Shown: positions 19,938 to 29,267 of the stretch, in pieces
How the letters are laid out: each line of letters starts with the position of its first letter
Position numbering within the stretch: the stretch's first letter is position 1
Source: an archaeon
GTDB lineage: Archaea; Iainarchaeota; Iainarchaeia; Iainarchaeales; JAAZKV01
Reading direction: 5' to 3'
NCBI GenBank assembly: GCA_041661245.1
Contig: JBAZUY010000001.1
Span: forward strand, 156,355-220,354
DNA: 64,000 nucleotides
Program-made: the position numbers and the translations under genes
The notes under the pieces: generated by a model
What the model was told of the DNA's origin: nothing
Database searches by the model: none
Seen by the model: only the letters and a program-made list of their open reading frames with translations

Positions 19938-20933
19938 TTAGTTTACCATTGACAAATCTACTTTGCTATTGAAATCATATCCTTTCTTTAGTATGTTTTG
20001 ATCTCTTGCAAAATCTACTCTTGATTGCAAATCAATTATATCCTCTAAAGTCAAGTCAAAATTCACTTGAGCAATTGTATTTGCATCAAAATTTGGATCT
20101 GTGTAAGAGATTTTTTTTACCACATCTAGATTCATTTTTGCATCTTCTGAAACCCAAGCATATACTTTGTCTTTGTTTTGTGCAAAGTAAAGACTTGATT
20201 CTTTCATTGAATCCATGAATGCTTTTGCAGCACTAGGATTTTTAGCAATGAACTCTTTAGACATTGTTACAATTGCATAATCTTTTTCGCACACAATAGT
20301 TTCCGCTAGACCTTTAGATTCAAGAGCAACCATTGTACTTTTTCCCCACCCAACCCCATCAACTTGGTTTGAACTCAAAGCTGAAGCAAAATCATTTGGA
20401 CCAATATTAACCAAAGTTACATCTTTGTTTGGAACAAGTCCATTCTTTGCTAATTGCTGATAAACAACAATGAATGGCCCAGAACCAAAAGGAACACCAA
20501 ATTTTTTTCCTTTCAAATCCGCAACAGTACTAATTCCCGAACCTGTTTTTGCTAATAAGCAATCATCAAAGTAAGCGAATTTTCCAACAACTTCCCAACT
20601 AGGATCTTTTTCCAATAAGAATGAAGTTGGAGCCCAACCCATTAACATTACATCCAAATTTTTTGCTGCCGCTGCCTCAGACATTGGAGGACCAGTTAAA
20701 AATGCAGTAAATTTTCCTTCAAGTCCATTCTTTTCTAATATATCTGTTTTAATTAAAGGCTCAGAAACATAAGCGCTCTCCGCGAATGTATTAATCCACC
20801 CTACTCTAACCACATTAGTTTCTTTTGAAGCACTAAGCCCAAAAAACCCGCTTTGCGCTCCAAAGTTCACCGCAACAGCCAAAACAGCTATTGCAAGTAC
20901 TACTCCAATAACTAAACCAATATTCTTATTCAT
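19938..20933 (-). CDS. ABC substrate-binding protein, SsuA/NMT1 type
   Basis: N-terminal anchor; FLTGPPMSEA, DLKGKKFGVPFGS. Confidence 0.88.
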   Translation of the reverse strand: MNKNIGLVIGVVLAIAVLAVAVNFGAQSGFFGLSASKETNVVRVGWINTFAESAYVSEPLIKTDILEKNGLEGKFTAFLTGPPMSEAAAAKNLDVMLMGWAPTSFLLEKDPSWEVVGKFAYFDDCLLAKTGSGISTVADLKGKKFGVPFGSGPFIVVYQQLAKNGLVPNKDVTLVNIGPNDFASALSSNQVDGVGWGKSTMVALESKGLAETIVCEKDYAIVTMSKEFIAKNPSAAKAFMDSMKESSLYFAQNKDKVYAWVSEDAKMNLDVVKKISYTDPNFDANTIAQVNFDLTLEDIIDLQSRVDFARDQNILKKGYDFNSKVDLSMVN

Positions 20934-20975
20934 TTACTCACCGTAGTAAGTTTCTTTCGCCGGGCATATATACTT

Positions 20976-21000
20976 ATGTGGTATTGGTACAACACCACAT
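20976..21000. promoter_or_regulatory. Palindromic operator candidate between ABC operon and TrmB gene
   Basis: ATGTGGT-ATTGGTACAAC-ACCACAT between two divergent TATA boxes. Confidence 0.6.
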
Positions 21001-21029
21001 TTATAAAAAGATTGACAGTTAGTCTTTGT

Positions 21030-21770
21030 ATGGACTTTTCAATAATAAAAAAGCTTGGACTCTCTGATGGAGAAATAAAAGTTTATGAAGTTTTGTTAAG
21101 TAAAGGGGCCTCCCAATTAAATGTGATTCATGAATCAACAGGAATTGAGAGAAGAAACATATATGACATCTTAAACAAATTAATTGAGAGAGGACTTGTA
21201 ACTTACATTAACGAAAATAGAAAGCGAAAATTTCACATCAGCCACCCAAATCAATTAATCCATTATATCGAAGAGAAAGAAAGTGAACTTGAGAAAGTAA
21301 AAGAAGATCTTTCAAAAGAACTCCCGCCCCTAATAAAACAATTTAATGCACGAAGAGAATCCCCAACTGTAGAAGTTTACCGTGGAGAAGAAGGACTAAA
21401 AGCGGTTTGGGAAGATTCCCTAAATTATCCCGAGCTATACTGGATTGGGGCTGGGAGATATATTCCAAAACAAATGCCCACTTGGTTTAATTACTGGAAC
21501 AAAAAAAGACTTAAGAAAAAAGTTGTTTGGCACAACTTACTTCGATATGAGCTTAAAAAAGAAACTAAAGAAATGGAATATGAAGAAATCAAATTCCTCC
21601 CTGAAGAGTTTAGTAAAAACCCAACTGTAATCGGAATTTATGGAGATAATACTATTAACGTTTGGACAGCAAAAGGATTCTATTTCGTAGTACTAATCAA
21701 AGATAAAGCAATGGCTGAAAACTATATAGCATATTTCAAATATCTTTGGGATAATGTTGCAAAGAGATAA
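21030..21770 (+). CDS. TrmB-family transcriptional regulator
   Basis: LGLSDGEIKVY...NIYDILNKLIERGLV wHTH; VEVYRGEEG; start moved to ATG 21030. Confidence 0.88.
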   Translation: MDFSIIKKLGLSDGEIKVYEVLLSKGASQLNVIHESTGIERRNIYDILNKLIERGLVTYINENRKRKFHISHPNQLIHYIEEKESELEKVKEDLSKELPPLIKQFNARRESPTVEVYRGEEGLKAVWEDSLNYPELYWIGAGRYIPKQMPTWFNYWNKKRLKKKVVWHNLLRYELKKETKEMEYEEIKFLPEEFSKNPTVIGIYGDNTINVWTAKGFYFVVLIKDKAMAENYIAYFKYLWDNVAKR

Positions 21771-21788
21771 ACAGGACTTTACCCCTTA

Positions 21789-21882
21789 CCGGCAAAACGC
21801 TTGTGTTTTGGATAAACCCACCTACCCCTGGCAAAACGCTTGTGTTTTGCACCGGCAAAACACTTCCTCTGCTCTTTAAATA
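21789..21882 (+). promoter_or_regulatory. Three CCGGCAAAA-type boxes and TATA upstream of radical SAM gene
   Basis: Copies at 21789, 21828 (CTGG variant), 21852; TTTAAATA at 21875. Confidence 0.75.
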
Positions 21883-21903
21883 CCAAAAAATAACAACTAA
21901 TTC

Positions 21904-23250
21904 ATGATTCTTGAGAAACTACAAAAACTAGGAATGGCTGCTAGTTACGATTCATGCGGGGGAGGAAAAGAAAAATCCTTTAGAGAATATGGAATACCAT
22001 ATGAGTATCAAAATTTTATTTACAATTGCACACAATCAAGTGAAAATGTATTCACAAGAAAAGTAATGAATAGTGCAAATAAATCAAATTTAAGGAACAC
22101 AAAACTCTATGAGAAGCAAGAGGTTACAACTCAAGATAAAAAAGAGTTGTGGGGCAAAATGTCAAAAGTTCTTCCAACTTCAAAAAGAGAAGAACTAAAC
22201 AAACCCAATAAGTGCTTACTAATGAAAGTACTTCAAGACAATACCTGTGTTCATGATTGCAATTATTGTGTTAACACTACTTGCAAACAAAAAGTCAGTC
22301 TTGAACCAAAAGAACTAGCTGATTCATTTGAATACTTATGGAAGAATGGATACACAACAGGATTATTTCTTAGCAGCGCAGTACACGGCACACCCGAACT
22401 CAGCACTGAAAAAATGATTGCAAGTACGCGCTTACTCCGCGAAAGAGGATACAAAGGATACATTCACATGAAAGTACTCCCTGACACACCGGATTATTTA
22501 ATTAAAGAAATGGCACTTTATGCAAACAGACTATCAATCAATATTGAATCAACTACCACTCAAGGCTTTGAAGAAATCACTACAACAAAAAACTACAAAG
22601 AAGGAGTATTAAGAAAAATTAATACGCTTGATTTGATTAAGAGGAAAGTTGATCGTGAACAAAACAAAAACGCAGGTTGGTTTTGTGACAATGACCAAGT
22701 AGAAAATGGAACTGATATGCGATTCAAGTCATTTACTACCCAAATAATTATTGGTGCAAACGAAGAAACTGATCAAAACATTTTAGATAGAATGAACTCA
22801 CTCTACGAAGAAACTCAACTCTATAGAACCTACTTCTCCGCTTTCTCCCCAGTAGAAGGAACTGCATTTGAGAAAAGAAAAGCTGAAGACAAAACACGCG
22901 AACATAGATTGTATGAGACTGATTGGTTGTTCCGAGTGTATGGATTCACGAAAAAAACAATTGAAAGTGGACTTAATGAATATGGAAATCTTCCCCGAAC
23001 ACAAGATGTAAAGGAAAGCATTGCGATTGCGAACAAACAACTCTTTCCACTTGACCTTAACTCTGCAACACGAGAAGAACTCTTACTCGTGCCAGGATTT
23101 GGACCAAAAACTGTTGAAAAAGTACTACAAGTACGCGAAGAAAAAAGAATAAGAGAATTTACTGATCTGCTTGAAGTCGGAGTAAGAATCTCAAAATCAA
23201 AAAACTATTTGAATATTGAAGGAAAACAATCAAAACTAACTTGGTACTAA
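21904..23250 (+). CDS. Putative DNA modification/repair radical SAM protein (TIGR03916-like) with C-terminal HhH
   Basis: YDSC, CVHDCNYC, GLFLSSA, GYIHMK, REHRLY, LNSATREELLLVPGFGPK. Confidence 0.88.
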   Translation: MILEKLQKLGMAASYDSCGGGKEKSFREYGIPYEYQNFIYNCTQSSENVFTRKVMNSANKSNLRNTKLYEKQEVTTQDKKELWGKMSKVLPTSKREELNKPNKCLLMKVLQDNTCVHDCNYCVNTTCKQKVSLEPKELADSFEYLWKNGYTTGLFLSSAVHGTPELSTEKMIASTRLLRERGYKGYIHMKVLPDTPDYLIKEMALYANRLSINIESTTTQGFEEITTTKNYKEGVLRKINTLDLIKRKVDREQNKNAGWFCDNDQVENGTDMRFKSFTTQIIIGANEETDQNILDRMNSLYEETQLYRTYFSAFSPVEGTAFEKRKAEDKTREHRLYETDWLFRVYGFTKKTIESGLNEYGNLPRTQDVKESIAIANKQLFPLDLNSATREELLLVPGFGPKTVEKVLQVREEKRIREFTDLLEVGVRISKSKNYLNIEGKQSKLTWY

Positions 23251-23275
23251 GATTTATTCAAAAACCACACACTAT

Positions 23276-24190
23276 TCAAATCCCGCTTTGGGATAATAAT
23301 ATCGCACCAATTACCATGATTCCAATAAAAAGTGCTTTTTGAAGAATAGATTGCTTAGAAATATTTTCCTTCCCCAACCAAGGCGCAAACAAAGTAATCA
23401 ACACGCCAATGGATAAAATGAAAAATGGCTGAAACCCATTCACAATTGAAACTAAGCCAAGCGGAGCAAGGAGAGTAACAAAAGAAAAAAGAAATGCAGC
23501 TAAGATGTTAATTATTTCATTAAAAATATTCAAACCCAATACTTTCCCAGAGTTCTTTTTGAAAACCGCAAAAAACTGTTCGCGATATTGCTTTTTTAGA
23601 AGTAATAAAAGCCCAAAAAGGAAAAATCCTATTTGTTCCCAAAACAGAGTAGTAAAAAAATCTGTTTGAACAGCAACATATTTTAGAATCACATAACTTA
23701 AAGCAATTAAAAAAGAAGCAAACAACATATATGCCAAAACTTTTTTGTTAAAGTGCAATTTTCTAGAGATAAAATTAGTTGAAAGTCCAAACGCACCAAA
23801 TACAATTAACGCACCAGCAACTAATTGCAACCCTGATAAACTTTCCCCCAAAATCAAGAAACTTAAGATTACTCCAAACACCGGAATTGATTGAAAAATT
23901 GGAACAACTTTTGAGGCCTCATCAAGCTTAAGCGCCCAAAAATAAGGAAACATGTAAAGAATGTAAATAAAACCTACAAAAATCATTACAAGTGCGTAAA
24001 ATAAAGAAATCGAGAAAACTGCAGGGTGAATTAAATAAATTACAGGGAGAGTCAAAAGACTAATAAAACTTGAGAACAAAATTAATGCCCCAGTTTCACC
24101 CTTAAAGTAGCCATCAATTAAATATTTGTCAATTCTATTACTAAGCGCAAAAAGAAACGGAGGAATCAATGCAAGCCAAAGCCAATCCAT
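23276..24190 (-). CDS. EamA/DMT-family transporter
   Basis: About 10 TM segments; EASKVVPI, LGESLS motifs. Confidence 0.85.
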   Translation of the reverse strand: MDWLWLALIPPFLFALSNRIDKYLIDGYFKGETGALILFSSFISLLTLPVIYLIHPAVFSISLFYALVMIFVGFIYILYMFPYFWALKLDEASKVVPIFQSIPVFGVILSFLILGESLSGLQLVAGALIVFGAFGLSTNFISRKLHFNKKVLAYMLFASFLIALSYVILKYVAVQTDFFTTLFWEQIGFFLFGLLLLLKKQYREQFFAVFKKNSGKVLGLNIFNEIINILAAFLFSFVTLLAPLGLVSIVNGFQPFFILSIGVLITLFAPWLGKENISKQSILQKALFIGIMVIGAILLSQSGI

Positions 24191-24289
24191 AATAAAAGAA
24201 AGAAAACTTCAATTTTTAACTTTGTGGTATTAAAAAATATGTCCAGGAAATAGTGCCCTTCGAGATAATTTAAAAAGTACAAAGTAGTA

Positions 24290-24910
24290 ATGAATAGTAT
24301 GAACTCGCCAGGAAAAAAATCTATTTTGAAGAAAGCAATCTACAAATTAGGAAAAACACGAACTGAAGAGGTAAACTCCAGAATAAAAAGCATAAATCGA
24401 AGACTTGCTAATCGAGATCTCACTAAGGCACGATTCACACTTGTTGAACCATATCACCCGCAATCGTTAGGGCACCTTAAAAGAAATGGACTCCTATTCA
24501 ATCCAAATAAAGGAGGAAACTGTTCAGGGTATGCAACAAGAATTGCAACCGCGGTTTTTGGCAAACAATACACTAGGGGCGCGGCTTGGGAGCTTGCAGC
24601 ATTAAATGAAGTAAGTTACAGAAAACCAAAGAATGCAATTGAAATAAGCAAACAAAGATTGTTAAGACTGATAAGAAAGAATGTGATTAGGCCCGGAACA
24701 ATAATTGGAATATATTACCCAAATAGCCCACAAAATATTAAAGGAAGAGAAAATACTCACGTAATGACTTACGCAGGAGAAGGACAATTTTGGCACAACT
24801 ATGGGGGGCCAAGAGCAATTTCAATAGACTCCATTTACAGTAAAACAAACAAAGAGGGCGAGAGAGTTTTCTTCCCAGTGATTGTGATTAATCCAAAAAG
24901 GACGAAATAA
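24290..24910 (+). CDS. NlpC/P60/CHAP-like papain-fold protein with basic N-terminus
   Basis: GGNCSGYA (Cys), AWEL, RPGTIIG, THVMTYAG (His), FWHN. Confidence 0.6.
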   Translation: MNSMNSPGKKSILKKAIYKLGKTRTEEVNSRIKSINRRLANRDLTKARFTLVEPYHPQSLGHLKRNGLLFNPNKGGNCSGYATRIATAVFGKQYTRGAAWELAALNEVSYRKPKNAIEISKQRLLRLIRKNVIRPGTIIGIYYPNSPQNIKGRENTHVMTYAGEGQFWHNYGGPRAISIDSIYSKTNKEGERVFFPVIVINPKRTK

Positions 24911-24974
24911 AAATAAAGAGCTTAAAATAAAAAAAAGCATTGGCTTAATTAGGCCAACACTTTCGTACTCGCAA

Positions 24975-26141
24975 CTATGCGAGTACTTTTGCTTCAGCCT
25001 TTAGTTTATCAGCAAGATCTGTTTTTTCCCAAGTGAAATCAGGATCATTTCTTCCAAAGTGACCATAAGCAGCAGTCTTTCTATAAATTGGTCTTCTTAA
25101 GTTCAATCTATCAAGAATGTCTTTTGGTTTAAGTGGGAAATACTTTCGCACTAAAACAACTATTTTGTCTTCAGAGATTGTATTTGTCCCAAACGTATCA
25201 ACAAATATTCCTGTAGGTTCAGCAACTCCGATTGCATAAGCTAATTGAACTTCACATTTAGTTGCAAGCCCTGCAGCAACAATATTTTTTGCAATATACC
25301 TTGCAGCATATGCAGCACTTCTATCAACTTTAGTTGGGTCTTTTCCAGAGAAAGCTCCTCCTCCGTGTCTACCCATCCCACCATAAGTATCTACAATTAT
25401 TTTTCTTCCAGTTACACCAGTGTCCCCTTCAGGCCCACCAATAACAAACTTCCCAGTTGCATTAATGTGAATCTTTGTATCCTTGTCAAGCATACTGCCG
25501 CAAACAGGAGTGATAACCTTTTCAAAAATGTCTTTCTTTAGTTGAGCCTCAGAAACTATTTCTAAGTGTTGTTGTGCAATAACAACTGCCTCAATTCTTT
25601 TTGGTTTACCATCATCATATTCAATAGTAACTTGAGTTTTTCCATCAGGACCAAGATCTTTTATGATACCTTTTTTTCTCACTTCAGCAAGTTTCATTGC
25701 TAATTTATGCGCAAGCATTATTGGTAATGGCATTAATTCAGGAGTTTCATTGCAAGCAAAACCAAACATCATTCCTTGATCTCCAGCACCCTGTTCTTTG
25801 TTTGAAGATTCATTAACTCCTTGAGAAATGTCAGGAGATTGACCATGTAAAGAAACCCAAACACCAGCATCTTCCCCATCAATTCCAAATAAAGGATTAG
25901 TATATCCAATTTCTTTTAGCACAGTTCTTGCAACTTTTTGCACGTCAACGTAACCTTTAGTAGTAACTTCTCCAGCAACGTGAATTGATCCTGTTGTAGT
26001 TAAAGTTTCAACAGCAACTCTTGAGTAAGGATCTTGTTTTAGTAATTCATCAAGCACTCCATCTGAAACTTGATCACAAATTTTATCAGGGTGTCCTTCA
26101 GTCACACTCTCTGATGTAAAAAAATATTTCTTCTGTTCCAT
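24975..26141 (-). CDS. metK: S-adenosylmethionine synthetase, bacterial/eukaryotic type
   Basis: [35 protein letters not shown]. Confidence 0.96.
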   Translation of the reverse strand: MEQKKYFFTSESVTEGHPDKICDQVSDGVLDELLKQDPYSRVAVETLTTTGSIHVAGEVTTKGYVDVQKVARTVLKEIGYTNPLFGIDGEDAGVWVSLHGQSPDISQGVNESSNKEQGAGDQGMMFGFACNETPELMPLPIMLAHKLAMKLAEVRKKGIIKDLGPDGKTQVTIEYDDGKPKRIEAVVIAQQHLEIVSEAQLKKDIFEKVITPVCGSMLDKDTKIHINATGKFVIGGPEGDTGVTGRKIIVDTYGGMGRHGGGAFSGKDPTKVDRSAAYAARYIAKNIVAAGLATKCEVQLAYAIGVAEPTGIFVDTFGTNTISEDKIVVLVRKYFPLKPKDILDRLNLRRPIYRKTAAYGHFGRNDPDFTWEKTDLADKLKAEAKVLA

Positions 26142-26199
26142 TCTAAAACCTCCAAAAAAACTATCCGACTAGTTCAAAACCCAAAACGAGGGGTTAATT

Positions 26200-26232
26200 A
26201 CTAGTTGCTGATTAGTTGCTGACTAGTGATAG
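26200..26232. promoter_or_regulatory. 11-bp tandem operator candidate over the predicted metK transcription start
   Basis: ACTAGTTGCTG-ATTAGTTGCTG-ACTAGTGATAG; extra ACTAGT at ~26168. Confidence 0.6.
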
Positions 26233-26347
26233 GAGGTTTGAAGGGTAATTTAAACCTTTCCAAGGAAAAAATCAATTTAGTTGCTGCAACAGCACTGCAA
26301 TAGAACTGTTGAGATAATTTTTGACTTGAAACAAAAAGGTGGATAAA

Positions 26348-26509
26348 ATGAAACAAGAAAACAGAGTGAGCCCATATTTTTCTGATGAACAAGTAAAAAT
26401 TATTGATGAACTAATAGATAAAATTGGGTGCACAAGAGCGGACGTAGTAAAACAACTCGCACTAATCAAATTAACAGAAATGGGTTACTTTAATAAAAAT
26501 AAAAAATAA
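26348..26509 (+). CDS. Ribbon-helix-helix (CopG/MetJ-fold) DNA-binding protein, 53 aa
   Basis: Manual translation MKQENRVSPYFSDEQVKIIDELIDKIGCTRADVVKQLALIKLTEMGYFNKNKK; below ORF-track cutoff. Confidence 0.75.
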   Translation: MKQENRVSPYFSDEQVKIIDELIDKIGCTRADVVKQLALIKLTEMGYFNKNKK

Positions 26510-26734
26510 TTATTCAAGCATTGATTTAACCCAAAGCTCGATTTTTCTCTTTGATGCATTCGGCCCAAACTTTTTTCTTGCAAGAGTAAGGAGTTCTAAC
26601 TTGGAAGGATCTATCCAGGGTTTATTTCTTGCCGCCCTAGTTGCCCTTGCGCTTTTTGTAAAAAGTCTTTTGCTTAGTACTGCTTTCGGCACGCCCGCAA
26701 ATATTCTTCCAGTCATAGGAAAATAATTTTCCAA
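26510..26734 (-). CDS. Small basic hypothetical protein
   Basis: Arg/Lys-rich ORF filling the gap between flanking genes. Confidence 0.45.
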   Translation of the reverse strand: MENYFPMTGRIFAGVPKAVLSKRLFTKSARATRAARNKPWIDPSKLELLTLARKKFGPNASKRKIELWVKSMLE

Positions 26735-26804
26735 AAAGATTATTAATGCCCTCTAAAACACCCCCAAACACTAAATATAAATAGACTAAATCCCAAAGAT
26801 AAAC

Positions 26805-27209
26805 ATGGCAAAAAAGATAAACTACACTGAAACCAAAGGATTTGTTGTTTGGATTGAAGAAGGAATTGCAAGAGTCAAAGTGAAACCAAACGCAGAAATT
26901 GACTTAATGGACGTTGTGTGTTACGAGAAGGCGATTACTTGTTTTGCAAAAAATACTCCTATGCTGGTAATCTTTGATATTCGCGAATTATTATCCATTT
27001 CAGACCCTGCATTAAATTATTTGCTTACTAATGAAAAAACCATGAAACCACTCACGATTGCGGCTGCGATACTTTTTTCATTCCCCACAATGAGGATAAG
27101 ACTTATTCTTAACGTCCTAACACTATTAAAAAAACCACCTTTTCCAATGAAAGTTTTCATGGATGAAAAAAAAGCACTTGCTTGGCTGAAATCCTTTCCC
27201 CAAAGATAA
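26805..27209 (+). CDS. STAS/SEC14-like (SpoIIAA-like) domain protein
   Basis: PMLVIFDIRE...PPFPMKVFMDEKKALAWL. Confidence 0.65.
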   Translation: MAKKINYTETKGFVVWIEEGIARVKVKPNAEIDLMDVVCYEKAITCFAKNTPMLVIFDIRELLSISDPALNYLLTNEKTMKPLTIAAAILFSFPTMRIRLILNVLTLLKKPPFPMKVFMDEKKALAWLKSFPQR

Positions 27210-27240
27210 GGATTAGATTAATTGACTTATTTAATCAATT

Positions 27241-29208
27241 TTAAGGACTCTTTTTTTGCATAAGCTCTTTTTGCATTGAAGATATTTGGTCTCTTAATGC
27301 AATTGCCAGTTCAAAATCAAGTCTTTCTGCAGCAGCACGCATTTCAACTTCTAGTTGAGTAACAAGTCTTTCTTTTTCTTTATTAGGAATATGCTTTGTA
27401 TCCTTAATTATAATGCTCTGCTCTTCAATTGCTTTAATTATTGTTTTAGGAGTAATGTGATTCTTCTTATTATATGCTAATTGAATTGTTCTTCTTCTAT
27501 TTGTCTCAGCAATAGCTTTTTGCATTGAATCCGTATTTTTATCAGCGTATAAAATTACTTTAGAAGTAGAATTTCTCGCAGCCCTCCCAATAATTTGAAT
27601 CAAACTCTTCTGGTCTCTTAAGAATCCTTCTTTATCAGCATCAAAAATAGCAACAAGCCCAAGCTCAGGAATATCAATTCCTTCTCTTAGTAAATTAATT
27701 CCAACTAAAACATCAAACTTTCCTACTCTAAATTGCCTAATAATTTCACTTCTATCAAGGGTTTTAATTTCAGAATGCAAGTATCTTGCCTTAATTCCCT
27801 TTGAAGCAAAAAAATCCGCTAACTCTTCAGCAAGTTTTTTTGTTAAAGCAGTTACTAAAACTCTATTTCCTTTCTTTATTACTTCATCAATTTCTTTTAG
27901 CATATCTTCCATTTGCCCTTTTGTTCCCCGCACTGTAACTTCAGGATCTACAAGTCCAGTCGGCCTAATGATTTGTTCAACAAAATTCTTTGAAACCAAG
28001 CGTTCGTATTTATCAGGAGTTGCACTAACAAAAACAACATTTTGTTTGTTCAAATACTCCTTTTCAAATTCACTAAACTTAAGCGGCCTATTATCAAGTG
28101 CACTTGGAAGTCTGAATCCATAGTCTACAAGAGTTTGTTTTCTTTGTCTATCTCCATTATACATTCCATTAAGTTGTGGAATTGATTGGTGAGATTCATC
28201 AATTACAATCAAAAAATCTTCTCCAAAATAATCCATTAAAGTATAAGGTTTTTCCCCTTCCGCTCTTTTATCAAAATGTCTTGAATAATTTTCAATCCCT
28301 TTACAAAACCCAAGGGTTTTCATTAACTCAAGATCATAATTTGTTCTTTGTTTTAATCTATGCGCTTCAATTAAACCCAGTTCTGGAAGTCTCTTGTCAA
28401 GTTCTTTTTTTATTGAATCCATCGCACTAATTGTTTCGCTTTCAGGAACAACAAAGTGACGGGCAGGAAATAAATGATAATGCGTCAAGCGTTGTAGAAG
28501 TGCATTAGTTTGTTTATCAAGAATATGAATTCTATCTATTTTATCCCCATCAAGTTCTACCCTTAGAATATTTCGCTCATACCCTGGGATAATGTCAATA
28601 ATACTTCCTTTTACTCTAAATCGTCCACTCATTAATTCTAAATCATTTCTCTCATACTGTGCATCAAGCAACTTTGACATTAATTCGACCCGAGGAAAAT
28701 TCATTCCCTCTTCAAGTTCAAACCCCATCCCCAAATAGTTCTTTGGATTACCCAACCCATAAATGCAAGAAACACTTGCAATAACAATAACATCATTTCT
28801 TGATAACAGAGAAGTTGTTGCAGAGAGACGCATTCTTTCAATATATTCATTAATTTGAGAATCCTTCTCAATGTATTGATCAGTTGAAGGAATATAGGAT
28901 TCAGGTTGGTAATAATCATAAAAAGAAACAAAATATTCCACTCGATTATTTGGAAAAAAAGCTTTGAACTCATTGTATAATTGAGCTGCAAGAGTTTTGT
29001 TGTGCGCAAGAACTAAAGTTTTCTTTTGCACATTTTGAATTACATTTGCTATTGTAAAAGTTTTTCCTGAACCCGTAACTCCTAAAAGAGTTTGGGGAGA
29101 TTTTCCTGTTTTGATTCCTTTAGTGAGTGAATCAATTGCCTCTGGCTGAGAACCCGCAGGCTTAAAACTCGAAACAAGTTTGAACTTGTGCTCTTCAACT
29201 TTTTGCAT
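27241..29208 (-). CDS. uvrB: Excinuclease ABC subunit B
   Basis: LLGVTGSGKT, YFVSFYDYYQPE, DESH, GINLLREG, QIIGRAARN, UVR tail. Confidence 0.97.
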   Translation of the reverse strand: MQKVEEHKFKLVSSFKPAGSQPEAIDSLTKGIKTGKSPQTLLGVTGSGKTFTIANVIQNVQKKTLVLAHNKTLAAQLYNEFKAFFPNNRVEYFVSFYDYYQPESYIPSTDQYIEKDSQINEYIERMRLSATTSLLSRNDVIVIASVSCIYGLGNPKNYLGMGFELEEGMNFPRVELMSKLLDAQYERNDLELMSGRFRVKGSIIDIIPGYERNILRVELDGDKIDRIHILDKQTNALLQRLTHYHLFPARHFVVPESETISAMDSIKKELDKRLPELGLIEAHRLKQRTNYDLELMKTLGFCKGIENYSRHFDKRAEGEKPYTLMDYFGEDFLIVIDESHQSIPQLNGMYNGDRQRKQTLVDYGFRLPSALDNRPLKFSEFEKEYLNKQNVVFVSATPDKYERLVSKNFVEQIIRPTGLVDPEVTVRGTKGQMEDMLKEIDEVIKKGNRVLVTALTKKLAEELADFFASKGIKARYLHSEIKTLDRSEIIRQFRVGKFDVLVGINLLREGIDIPELGLVAIFDADKEGFLRDQKSLIQIIGRAARNSTSKVILYADKNTDSMQKAIAETNRRRTIQLAYNKKNHITPKTIIKAIEEQSIIIKDTKHIPNKEKERLVTQLEVEMRAAAERLDFELAIALRDQISSMQKELMQKKSP

Positions 29209-29230
29209 AAGTAGTACTTCCTATAAGAGA

Positions 29231-29260
29231 TTTAAAGAACTTTCTAGAGCAATTTGCCGG
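29231..29260 (-). promoter_or_regulatory. CCGGCAAA box plus TATA of uvrB
   Basis: Minus strand CCGGCAAATTGCTCTAGAAAGTTCTTTAAA; ATG 28 nt after TATA start. Confidence 0.7.
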
Positions 29261-29267
29261 GCGATTT

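Noticed and set aside
20955..20964. Additional CCGGC box (CCCGGCGAAA) upstream of the ABC operon
   Set aside because: Mismatched and lies downstream of the TATA box, not 22-24 bp upstream.
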